DNA of 23,597 nucleotides from Candidatus Nanohaloarchaea archaeon (GTDB taxonomy: Archaea; Nanohalarchaeota; Nanosalinia; Nanosalinales; Nanosalinaceae). The stretch covers positions 1 to 23,597 of the forward strand of contig JBDGSJ010000032.1 in assembly GCA_042217585.1 (NCBI GenBank). The letters run 5' to 3'. Of the stretch, positions 8,470-16,118 are shown piece after piece. The translations under genes and the position numbers were made by a program. The notes under the pieces are model-generated. The model saw only the letters and a list, made by a program, of their open reading frames with translations. It was not told where the DNA came from and did not search any database. Position 1 is the first letter of the stretch. Each line of letters starts with the position of its first letter.

Positions 8470-9434
8470 GTGACCTCCACCTCGTCAGGCCTCCAGTCAG
8501 GCTTTTTCCCTGATCCGGATATCTCTGTTTCTCCGCCGGCCTCCAGTTCCAGCAGGCCCTGGTGGGCTATCATCGCGCCGTTGTCCATGCAGTACTCCTG
8601 CGGGGGGACGTAGGACTCCGCGCCCCTCTGCCCGCACATCTGGTCCACCATCTCCCTAAGCCGGGAGTTCATCGCAACGCCGCCTGTCAGCAGGGCCTCG
8701 TCCGAGTCCTCCTGCGCCATCGCTCTCTCAAGCGCCTCCACGACCGCGGCGTACGCGTACTCCTGGAAGGAGTTGGCGAGGACCTCGTCCTCGACATCCC
8801 CTATCTTCCTCTGCGCCTCCGTCACAAGACCCGAGAAGGAGAAGTCCATCCCCTTGATGGGGTAGGAGAGTTCGATTATCTCGTCGGTCTCCGACGCCAG
8901 CCTCTCTATCTCCGGTCCTCCGGGGTGAGGGTAGCCGAGGGACCGCGCCAGCTTGTCGAGAGCGTTCCCCAGCGCGATGTCAAGGGTCTCCCCCACGATC
9001 CTGTAACGGCCTGAACGCAGGTCCAGTATCTGGGAGTTCCCTCCCGAGAGGTAGAGCGTGGTCGGGTCCTCCGCCCCCGTGGTCCTTGTCCCGACCGAGA
9101 TGTGGGCAAGGCAGTGGTTAATTCCCATCAGAGGTATACCGTGTTTTTTCGCCAGGGTCCTCGCCATCACCGCGCCGACGTCCAGGCACTGCGGGATGCC
9201 AGGTCCCTGCGAGAAAGCTATACCATCTATATCCTCCATCTCCAGTTTCGATTTCTGTTTAGCCTCGTTCAGGTTCTGGAGCGCGTCCTGGTAATGGTGC
9301 TCGGCGGCCTTCCTCGGATGTATGCCGCCCTCCTCGGGCTCGAACATAGTCTTCACGTTGGCGTGGACCTCGTCGCGGTCCACGATACCGATCCCCAGTG
9401 TATGGGCGGTGGACTCTATCCCCAGGACCTTCAT
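8460..9434 (-). CDS. kae1: KEOPS N6-threonylcarbamoyltransferase Kae1/TsaD
   Basis: LGIESTAHT, GGIHP, GPG, NHCLAH (HxxxH), SGG, GET-x-D, DNGAMIA, R-x-DEV. Confidence 0.97.
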   Translation of the reverse strand: MKVLGIESTAHTLGIGIVDRDEVHANVKTMFEPEEGGIHPRKAAEHHYQDALQNLNEAKQKSKLEMEDIDGIAFSQGPGIPQCLDVGAVMARTLAKKHGIPLMGINHCLAHISVGTRTTGAEDPTTLYLSGGNSQILDLRSGRYRIVGETLDIALGNALDKLARSLGYPHPGGPEIERLASETDEIIELSYPIKGMDFSFSGLVTEAQRKIGDVEDEVLANSFQEYAYAAVVEALERAMAQEDSDEALLTGGVAMNSRLREMVDQMCGQRGAESYVPPQEYCMDNGAMIAHQGLLELEAGGETEISGSGKKPDWRPDEVEVTWT

Positions 9435-9458
9435 GGAGAAAAGAAGAGGCGGGAAAAC

Positions 9459-9839
9459 TTATGATAGCCAGGGTCCGGTTTCGACCGTCACCGCCTGGTA
9501 ATGTGCGTCATCCTCCGCGGCGTAGCTGGATTCACCGACGTTTCTCTTCCGCATCTTCCTTCCCCTCCACTCCGGCTCCTCCAGCTCGTCCACCATGTCG
9601 CTCAGGTCCTCCTGGCTTTCAGCCTCGAGAACGTGGAACTCGGGAGCGCTTCCCGGGGAACCTGTTGCCTTAGGACCTTTCTGCAGGTCCACGTAGAGCA
9701 GGTGTTCGTCTCCGTCCACCTCGTAATCGAACTCAAGTATACTGTAGCCCGCGTGGTCCCGAGTCTCCTCCTCTATTTTCTCCATGAACTCTTCTTCCAG
9801 CGCATCTGGGCCGTCGGATTCAAGGTAGAGCCGTGTCAT
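9459..9839 (-). CDS. Hypothetical acidic protein with two small beta-alpha-beta-beta-like units
   Basis: 126 aa acidic ORF with its own BRE/TATA (CGAAACTGTTTTAA) upstream; fills the intergenic space. Confidence 0.75.
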   Translation of the reverse strand: MTRLYLESDGPDALEEEFMEKIEEETRDHAGYSILEFDYEVDGDEHLLYVDLQKGPKATGSPGSAPEFHVLEAESQEDLSDMVDELEEPEWRGRKMRKRNVGESSYAAEDDAHYQAVTVETGPWLS

Positions 9840-9863
9840 AGAAATATGTTGTCACGATAGAGT

Positions 9864-9877
9864 TAAAACAGTTTCGG
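9864..9877 (-). promoter_or_regulatory. BRE + TATA promoter, probably leaderless, for ORF 9459-9839 and possibly the kae1 operon
   Basis: Minus strand CGAAACTGTTTTAA about 25 nt before ATG 9839. Confidence 0.6.
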
Positions 9878-9881
9878 TTTT

Positions 9882-10430
9882 TTATTCGACGCCGGTCCGG
9901 ATGTACTCCCTCAGCTCCTCCAGCGCCTCTCTGCGGTGGGAGTGCTCGTCCTTCTGGTCGACGTCCTCGCCCCAGGTCCTGTCGCTTCCCTCGGGCAGGA
10001 ACATCGGGTCGTAACCGAAACCTCCGTCTCCACGCGGTTCCACTATCTCTCCACGCGCCTCGCCCGTGAACACCTTCACATCGTCGCCGAGGTCCAGAGC
10101 GATGGCGGCCCTGAACTCCGCGGAGTTATCGTCCCCGATGAGGTCGGTCAGCTTCTCCTTCCCCACCTTCCTGTCGAAGAAAGCTGTCTGGGGTCCCGGG
10201 AACCCATCGAGAGAATCGACGAACAGTCCCGAGTCATCAGCTATCAGAAGAGAATCCCTGTTATCGACTTTCTCGCGGGCCTGCTCAACCTTCGCCCGGG
10301 CTATCTCCTCGATCGAGTCGAGTGAAGGCTCGATGGTCTCGACATCGGCCTGCCGGACTTTCACATCTTCAAGTATCCGGTCCGCGTGCCTGACCTTTCC
10401 CTCGTTCCCGGTGGCGAAGAATATCTTCAT
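9882..10430 (-). CDS. rdgB: Non-canonical purine NTP pyrophosphatase (RdgB/HAM1, ITPase)
   Basis: FATGN-x-GK, ADDSGL, GFPG, GFGYDPMF, K...SHR motifs. Confidence 0.95.
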   Translation of the reverse strand: MKIFFATGNEGKVRHADRILEDVKVRQADVETIEPSLDSIEEIARAKVEQAREKVDNRDSLLIADDSGLFVDSLDGFPGPQTAFFDRKVGKEKLTDLIGDDNSAEFRAAIALDLGDDVKVFTGEARGEIVEPRGDGGFGYDPMFLPEGSDRTWGEDVDQKDEHSHRREALEELREYIRTGVE

Positions 10431-10436
10431 GAGGGA

Positions 10437-10586
10437 TTATTCGTGCTTGGTGTAGCCGCACTTTCCGCAGCTCTTCCTGTCGTCGTGTTCCGCCAGGAAG
10501 GAGCCGCATCTCGGGCATTTCTCGCCCTGCGCGTTGCCCTCTTCGTCGTACTTCTCGTGCATCTGGACCTTTTCGTGTTTAGCCAT
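10437..10586 (-). CDS. rps27ae: 30S ribosomal protein S27ae (eS31), 49 aa; missing from the ORF track
   Basis: Manual translation [54 protein letters not shown]...H-x-DR-x-x-CGKCG zinc ribbon; directly after rps24e. Confidence 0.95.
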   Translation of the reverse strand: MAKHEKVQMHEKYDEEGNAQGEKCPRCGSFLAEHDDRKSCGKCGYTKHE

Positions 10587-10587
10587 C

Positions 10588-11028
10588 TCACTCACCTATC
10601 TGGTTCTCGAGCCATTCCTTCAGGGTTTTGCGGTCCTTGTTCTCCTTCTCCGCTTCCAGCGCCGCGCGGTAGTCGGGTTCGTCCATCTCGCCGAGCTGGT
10701 CCTTCGCCTCGGTTATCGTTCCGGAGACGACGTCCCTGTACTCGGGGGTGACCTCGACTTCCTCCTCTTCGACAGGGTCCTTCTGGAGCGATTCATCGTA
10801 CTCGAACTCCTGGTGGATCTTGAGGTGCGCCTCGGACACGTTGCGGCCGTAGCCGGTCCGGATGTTCTCTACCTCTATCTCGTCCTCGTCTATACCGTTC
10901 TCCGCTGCTATCCTGCTTTTCAGGTCCTCAAAGCTGGGTGTCGCCTCTCCCTCGTGGTCGACCTCGACGGTGACCTCTCTCCTCTCCAGGAGGGGGTTCT
11001 CCTTCACTGAAACGATCTGTGTATCCAT
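10588..11028 (-). CDS. rps24e: 30S ribosomal protein S24e (eS24) with C-terminal extension
   Basis: ENPLL-x-RRE, H-x-G-x-ATPS, T-x-YG motifs in the first ~75 aa; AGGTGA SD. Confidence 0.93.
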   Translation of the reverse strand: MDTQIVSVKENPLLERREVTVEVDHEGEATPSFEDLKSRIAAENGIDEDEIEVENIRTGYGRNVSEAHLKIHQEFEYDESLQKDPVEEEEVEVTPEYRDVVSGTITEAKDQLGEMDEPDYRAALEAEKENKDRKTLKEWLENQIGE

Positions 11029-11058
11029 AGTATCTGTTCACCTTCCGGGCAAATCTTT

Positions 11059-11247
11059 TTACTTCACCCTGATCGCGTAGCGACCGGGCGTGCTTATCCC
11101 GAGTTTTTCCGCTATGTCAGAGTCCTCAGGGTCGTAGATGACCACCAGTCCGCTCCAGGACTCGGACAGGTCGTTGTTCTTGCATACAGGACACTCGTTC
11201 TCGTCCTCGACTATCCTGTTGCAGTCCCTGCAAGCTTTCTCTGCCAC
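11059..11247 (-). CDS. spt4: Transcription elongation factor Spt4 (RpoE'')
   Basis: ACRDC...CPVC zinc finger, W-x-G, DPE-x-S-x-IA, PGRYAI; GTG start with GAGGTGA SD. Confidence 0.95.
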   Translation of the reverse strand: MAEKACRDCNRIVEDENECPVCKNNDLSESWSGLVVIYDPEDSDIAEKLGISTPGRYAIRVK

Positions 11248-11295
11248 TCAAAGATCACCTCTCTGATCTTCTGCGAAGTAATTTCTCATGGGAGA

Positions 11296-11871
11296 TCACT
11301 GTTCCTCCTCTTCTTCTTCGTCTTCTTCCTGCTGTTCCTCGTAGATTTCGATCCACTCGTCCTTACCAAGACCGGGCTGTCTCATGGTCAGGTTGACCTT
11401 GTTGGTGTCCTCCTTGCCCAGTGAGACCGCGATTATCCTCGCAGTCACCAGGTCTCCCTTCTCGAGTGAAAGGTCGTTCTCGTCGGAGACCAGCATGGAC
11501 TGCTCCTCGTCCAGGTTGACGTACTCGTCCATTATCTGGGAGACATGGCAGAGTCCGTCGAATGCACCTATCCTGATGAAGGCCCCGAAACTGGTTATGT
11601 CGACCACCTCTCCGGAGACTACCTCCTGCATCTCAGGCTGGAAGACGATGGATTCGAACTCGACATCGTAGTGGACCCCTGCGTCCTCAGGCTCTATCTC
11701 GCCGCCCTCGACCGAGTTAACGCCCTCGACCGCGATGACGACGCCGAGGTCCTCCTTTATCTCGCCTTCTATCTCGTGTTTCAGTCCTTCTCTTACGCTT
11801 TGCTCGACATCTTCGCCGAGATGCTCTGGCGGGACCCTTACAGAGTCCTCGATTGTCATTCTCTTGTACAT
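11296..11871 (-). CDS. rpoE1: DNA-directed RNA polymerase subunit E' (Rpo7)
   Basis: VRVPP, S1 domain FGAFIRIG-x-x-DGL-x-H-x-SQI, LTMRQPGLGK-x-EWI; acidic tail. Confidence 0.96.
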   Translation of the reverse strand: MYKRMTIEDSVRVPPEHLGEDVEQSVREGLKHEIEGEIKEDLGVVIAVEGVNSVEGGEIEPEDAGVHYDVEFESIVFQPEMQEVVSGEVVDITSFGAFIRIGAFDGLCHVSQIMDEYVNLDEEQSMLVSDENDLSLEKGDLVTARIIAVSLGKEDTNKVNLTMRQPGLGKDEWIEIYEEQQEEDEEEEEEQ

Positions 11872-11987
11872 CCAGTTTCGACCTCTTGAATTATGAGAGG
11901 GAATGTGGAGAGGTTGGAAACCGAGCCGCTCGGACCCGGTTCATTCCTCCTATCCCTGTGGAACATTTAACAGGTTAATGACAATTT

Positions 11988-12371
11988 TTAAAACCCTACC
12001 GTGGACCTGTTGATAGCCTCAAGGTGGTCTCCGCTCCGAATTATGACCACTTCGCGGCTCCTGTCCAGCAGCCGCTCCTTCAGTTCCCTGTCGTTCGTGG
12101 CGATCACGAACTCGTCCGAGACATCCACCAGTATGTCGTCGACCTCTTCCTCTCTTTCAGTCTCCAGGACCTCCATCTCCTGTGTTTCGATCAGTTTCTC
12201 CACGAGGTCCCCGTACTTCCCTCCCTCGATGCTCTTCGCCTCCTGCAACGCGTCCTTCAGCGTGTAGATCTCTGCCTCGGGATAGAGCCGGTCCAGTTCG
12301 CCGAAAAGGTCCAAGGAGAGCTGGAACGGGGCGACCAGGAAGTTCGTGTCCAGCAGGATTTTCTTCTTCAC
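11988..12371 (-). CDS. PIN-domain protein (Fcf1/Utp24-like archaeal family)
   Basis: LLDTNFL, VDD, IATND-x-ELK motifs; usual neighbour of rpoE'. Confidence 0.9.
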   Translation of the reverse strand: MKKKILLDTNFLVAPFQLSLDLFGELDRLYPEAEIYTLKDALQEAKSIEGGKYGDLVEKLIETQEMEVLETEREEEVDDILVDVSDEFVIATNDRELKERLLDRSREVVIIRSGDHLEAINRSTVGF

Positions 12372-12423
12372 AGGTGTCTTTCCGTCAGAAAAAGACTAAA
12401 GAGTTGTCTCACGATGTGGAAGT

Positions 12424-13368
12424 ATGGATGAACAGGTGAAGGTCGGCGTGTTATGGGATGAAGAGGTAGAATGGGGCCGTGAAACACCCTTCGATGACGA
12501 AGTGGTCGACAGCACGCTGGCCGCCTTCACATCAGAGGCGCGGAAGGAGGACGCTGAGTTCTACATCGCGAAGTTCCAGTGGTACGGTTCAGGACGGCTG
12601 GACAGGGCCTTCCGGTGGACAGGTGAAAGATGGGAGAAGGTCCACGGAGTCGATATACATGCTGTTTTCGACAAGTTCAAGTACACGGAGAAAACGCGGG
12701 AGCTGAAGGAGGAGATACAGGAAGAGCTATGCATACTGAACGATCCGGAGCTGGAGAGGCTCTGCAAGGACAAGTACATGACCTACCGGAGGATACCGGA
12801 CAGGGTCCCGGAGACCAGGGAAGGGACCCACGAGAACATCGAGGAGATGCTCGAGGAACACGGCGAAGTCGTCGTGAAGCCGAGGTACGCCTTCGGTGGA
12901 AAGGGAATACAGATAATAGAAAACGTCGAGGAGCTGGATGAATCCGGAGAGGAGTACGTGGTCCAGAGGTTCGTGGATAGCTCAGGAGGGATACCGGGCA
13001 TGGTGGACGGCACGCACGACCTGAGAGCCATCGTCATCAACGGCGAGGTCTCTGGAGCCTACCTCAGGTACAATCCGGGAAGCAGGCTCAGCAACGTCTC
13101 CCAGGGAGGAGAGAAGGAACACGTCAGCCTCGAGGAGTTCCCGGATGACGGCATGGAAGTCGTGGGAGATGTAATCGAAGAGATGGATGAGTACGAACCC
13201 GCGGTCTACTCCGTGGACCTCTTCTACGACAGCGAAGGAGAACCATGGGTCGTGGAGCTGAACTCCAAGCCGGGGTTCAACTTCTTCGACGACCCGGAAC
13301 TGGAGAGGTCCGCGAGAAAGATGATGGGAGAGATCGGGGCCACGCTAAGGGAACTGGCCGAGTCCTAG
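12424..13368 (+). CDS. ATP-grasp ligase (RimK/GshB/YheCD-like)
   Basis: DK, P-x-T, VVKPRYAFGGKGI, VQRF, DLR, SNVSQGG, SVD and ELNSKPG motifs. Confidence 0.88.
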   Translation: MDEQVKVGVLWDEEVEWGRETPFDDEVVDSTLAAFTSEARKEDAEFYIAKFQWYGSGRLDRAFRWTGERWEKVHGVDIHAVFDKFKYTEKTRELKEEIQEELCILNDPELERLCKDKYMTYRRIPDRVPETREGTHENIEEMLEEHGEVVVKPRYAFGGKGIQIIENVEELDESGEEYVVQRFVDSSGGIPGMVDGTHDLRAIVINGEVSGAYLRYNPGSRLSNVSQGGEKEHVSLEEFPDDGMEVVGDVIEEMDEYEPAVYSVDLFYDSEGEPWVVELNSKPGFNFFDDPELERSARKMMGEIGATLRELAES

Positions 13369-14361
13369 ATCTTCCCTGAGTTCCCGGGCGGCGTCCAGAC
13401 GTTTCTTTCTTGCCTCTTCGATACCTATCTCCTCTTCTCCGGCTACCTCTTCCGCGTATATCCTGTAGCTGTCCGTTTCAAAACCGGCGTCCTCGAGGTA
13501 TCCCCGGACCTCCCGGGTCAGACCGTCCTCCATCGCCTCCCGCGAGAGGTCCTTCAGTTCCTCGAACTCCGGGAGCTCGACATCGCTTTCCATCACCCTG
13601 AAAAGGTCCCTGACGAGCTGGAACAGGTTAGAGGGAAGCGAGGTGTCCGGCGACCTCCACTCGACGGTGGGGAACTGTTTCCGGAGCCGGACCGGGGTCC
13701 AGAGAGCGTCCTCGGGCCTGAAATGTTCCCTCACGGTCTCCCTGTCTATCCCCTCCTTCTCGGCGGCTGAGATCCATTCCCTGAACCTTTCATCGATCCT
13801 CCGGTCCCATTCCTCCACTGAGTCCACGAAACTCCAGAGCTGTCCGTGTCCCGGGAACTCGCTGTAGCACCTGTACCTGTACACGAGGTTCCTTGACGAG
13901 CTCCCGAGCCGCTCTCCCTGGTAGTATGGTGAGGAGTTCATCAGTGCCAGCGCGGGGTCGATAGCGGTCAGGCGGTTCAGCTGTTCCGCAACATCCTCCT
14001 TCTCGAAGTGTACGTGGGTGCCCGCGACGCGCTCCGCGGCCCTCAGGTCCTCGCCGATTATCTCCTGCTGTATCCTGCCTCTCTCCGAGTCCACTGCCTC
14101 GATCTCCCCCGAGTTCAGGGGTGTGCCGAGCGGGACTATGTGAAGACCGAGTTCCTCTGCCTTCTCCACGGACCTCTCGATCTTCTCCCTGACGGAATCG
14201 ATGAGCTCCTCCGGGTCGGAGCGGGGCCCTGTCTTTATCTCGAAGAGCGGTTCGACGAACTCCTGCTCGGAGAAATCAAAGCTGTCTGCCAGTTCACGGC
14301 AGGAGACCAGTTCTCCGTTCCCGTCCACGGTCCAGTACTCCAGTTCAAGCCCGGCCTTCAT
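13345..14361 (-). CDS. Glutamate-cysteine ligase family 2 (GCS2/YbdK-like carboxylate-amine ligase)
   Basis: GLELEY, E-x-x-x-P-x-x-EIKT, GTHVHF, SSPY, W-x-PVR and TVEWRSPD motifs. Confidence 0.9.
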   Translation of the reverse strand: MKAGLELEYWTVDGNGELVSCRELADSFDFSEQEFVEPLFEIKTGPRSDPEELIDSVREKIERSVEKAEELGLHIVPLGTPLNSGEIEAVDSERGRIQQEIIGEDLRAAERVAGTHVHFEKEDVAEQLNRLTAIDPALALMNSSPYYQGERLGSSSRNLVYRYRCYSEFPGHGQLWSFVDSVEEWDRRIDERFREWISAAEKEGIDRETVREHFRPEDALWTPVRLRKQFPTVEWRSPDTSLPSNLFQLVRDLFRVMESDVELPEFEELKDLSREAMEDGLTREVRGYLEDAGFETDSYRIYAEEVAGEEEIGIEEARKKRLDAARELREDLGLGQFP

Positions 14362-14364
14362 CTC

Positions 14365-15258
14365 TTATGCACCTTCGCCGGTACCGTGTTTTTCGATAGC
14401 TCTCTCGTGGAGTCTCTCCACTATCTCCAGTATAACGTCCTCTCCGACCGTCTCGTTTATCTGCTCGTTGAGTCCCGGGGACTTGTTGACCTCCAGGACG
14501 TAGGCCCCGTCCTCCATCTCGATGACGTCGCATCCGCAGATGTCGAACCCTGTCGCCCTCGCCGCCTTCAGCGCTGCCTCACCTATCTTATCTGTTATCT
14601 CGGCCTTCAGTCTTTCTCCGCCGCCCGAGATGTTGGACCTCCATTCGTCTCCCGAGCTGGACCTCTGGTAGCCGACGAGGTGATCGCCGATCACAAGTAT
14701 CCTGTTGTCCGTGCCCTCGTGCTCCTTGTACTCCTGGAGGCATATATCCTGCTCGAACGCCTTCATGGTGTCCATGACAGGCTTCAGCTCGTTCTCGGAG
14801 GACGCCCGCATCACCCCCTGTCCTCCGGCACCTCCGATGGTCTTCATTATCACGGGGTAGCCGAGGTCCTTGGCCGCGTTCACCGCGGTCTCTGGTGAAA
14901 GGGTGTAGACGCTCTCCGGTACGTTCACCCCGTTTTCGGCCAGGACCTTCACGGAGTAGAACTTGTTCGATTCGTACGCGGGGCTGTCGTTCTCGCACTG
15001 TGTGACCACTCCGGCCTCGTTGAGGACCTCCGGCAGGTGCTCGGAGAACAGCGTGTCCTGGTCCCCGGTTCTGACGTAGGCGGCGTCGAACTCCGTCAGG
15101 TCCGTCCCCTTGTAGTAGACGCTGCTGCCGTCCTCCCCGTGGACGAACTTGCAGCCCTCTATCGGGGCCGCCAGGACCGAGTCGAATATGTCTTCAGCTC
15201 TCTCTATTATCAGCTGGTGGGTCGTCGATATCTCGCCGTAGATTATAGCGAGTTTCAC
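14365..15258 (-). CDS. RimK/LysX-family alpha-L-glutamate ligase-like ATP-grasp enzyme
   Basis: NK, GYPVIMK-x-x-x-GAGGQGV, QEY, D-x-R, WRSNISGGG, GCD and LEVN-x-SPG; GTG start overlaps the upstream TGA (GTGA). Confidence 0.92.
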   Translation of the reverse strand: MKLAIIYGEISTTHQLIIERAEDIFDSVLAAPIEGCKFVHGEDGSSVYYKGTDLTEFDAAYVRTGDQDTLFSEHLPEVLNEAGVVTQCENDSPAYESNKFYSVKVLAENGVNVPESVYTLSPETAVNAAKDLGYPVIMKTIGGAGGQGVMRASSENELKPVMDTMKAFEQDICLQEYKEHEGTDNRILVIGDHLVGYQRSSSGDEWRSNISGGGERLKAEITDKIGEAALKAARATGFDICGCDVIEMEDGAYVLEVNKSPGLNEQINETVGEDVILEIVERLHERAIEKHGTGEGA

Positions 15259-16067
15259 TGGTCCTCACCTCTCAGGACTTCTGCGAGGCTTTCGTACGCG
15301 TTCTTCCCGGAGACCTCTGTGTACGTCTGGAGGTCCGGGTTCGGGTTCACGTCCACTACCTGGCCATCCCTTATCAGGACCTCTGCGCATTCAGTGCCTA
15401 TCTTCCGCGCCGTGGTCTTCGCCAGTTCCCTCAGGTCCCTGGACATGTTCGTGTACTTCAGGTTGTCGGTCGACATCTCCCAGGTCTCTGTAGTGTCTGC
15501 GAGGGAGATCACGTTGTCGCCGGTGACGAGACAACGGTATTTGTCTCCCCGGTTCAGGCTGTGGAATATCAGGAAGTTCTCTCCGTACTCCACTCCCTCG
15601 GTGAACTCCTCGACGTCGTCCATGTCCTCCAGTTCGGATTTCTCCACCTCTTTCAGTTCGTGGAACCTCTTCCCGACGACAGGTGCCTCCAGGTGGTCTC
15701 CCAGGTTCCTCATGGCCTTCTCCTCAGCTATCACCACGGTCTTCGGAGCGCTAACCCCCTTCTCGTGAAGCGTGTGGTAGAGGTAGTTCTTCTTCGCCAT
15801 GATGAAGAAGCCGGTCGAGGGATAGTTCAGCCTGATACCTTTCTCCTCCATCATCTCCAGGAGGACCCTGCCGAAGACTGCGTTTTTGGCCGGTATCTCG
15901 GCGAAAGCGGCGTCGTACTCCGAGACACTCCTCCCGTTGAATGTAACGTCGGCCCTCTCCCTGCTGACCCACGGCGCGAGCTGGTCCACCCCCACGTGCT
16001 CCACATCCTCGAACAGCGGATCGAACTCTTCGTGCTCGTTCTCCGTTATCTTCAGCGCTTTCATCAT
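15255..16067 (-). CDS. Divergent RimK-like ATP-grasp protein, possibly catalytically degenerate
   Basis: N-x-P...K, GV-x-x-P-x-T, PVVGK, D-x-x-R and DVNPNP are recognisable, but the Gly-rich loops are missing; AGGTGA SD (true start may be 16064). Confidence 0.8.
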   Translation of the reverse strand: MMKALKITENEHEEFDPLFEDVEHVGVDQLAPWVSRERADVTFNGRSVSEYDAAFAEIPAKNAVFGRVLLEMMEEKGIRLNYPSTGFFIMAKKNYLYHTLHEKGVSAPKTVVIAEEKAMRNLGDHLEAPVVGKRFHELKEVEKSELEDMDDVEEFTEGVEYGENFLIFHSLNRGDKYRCLVTGDNVISLADTTETWEMSTDNLKYTNMSRDLRELAKTTARKIGTECAEVLIRDGQVVDVNPNPDLQTYTEVSGKNAYESLAEVLRGEDQ

Positions 16068-16118
16068 TTCACCTGTCTTTCCCGGATAAAAGAAGCTCTG
16101 TCCGGAGGACAGGTCGTT

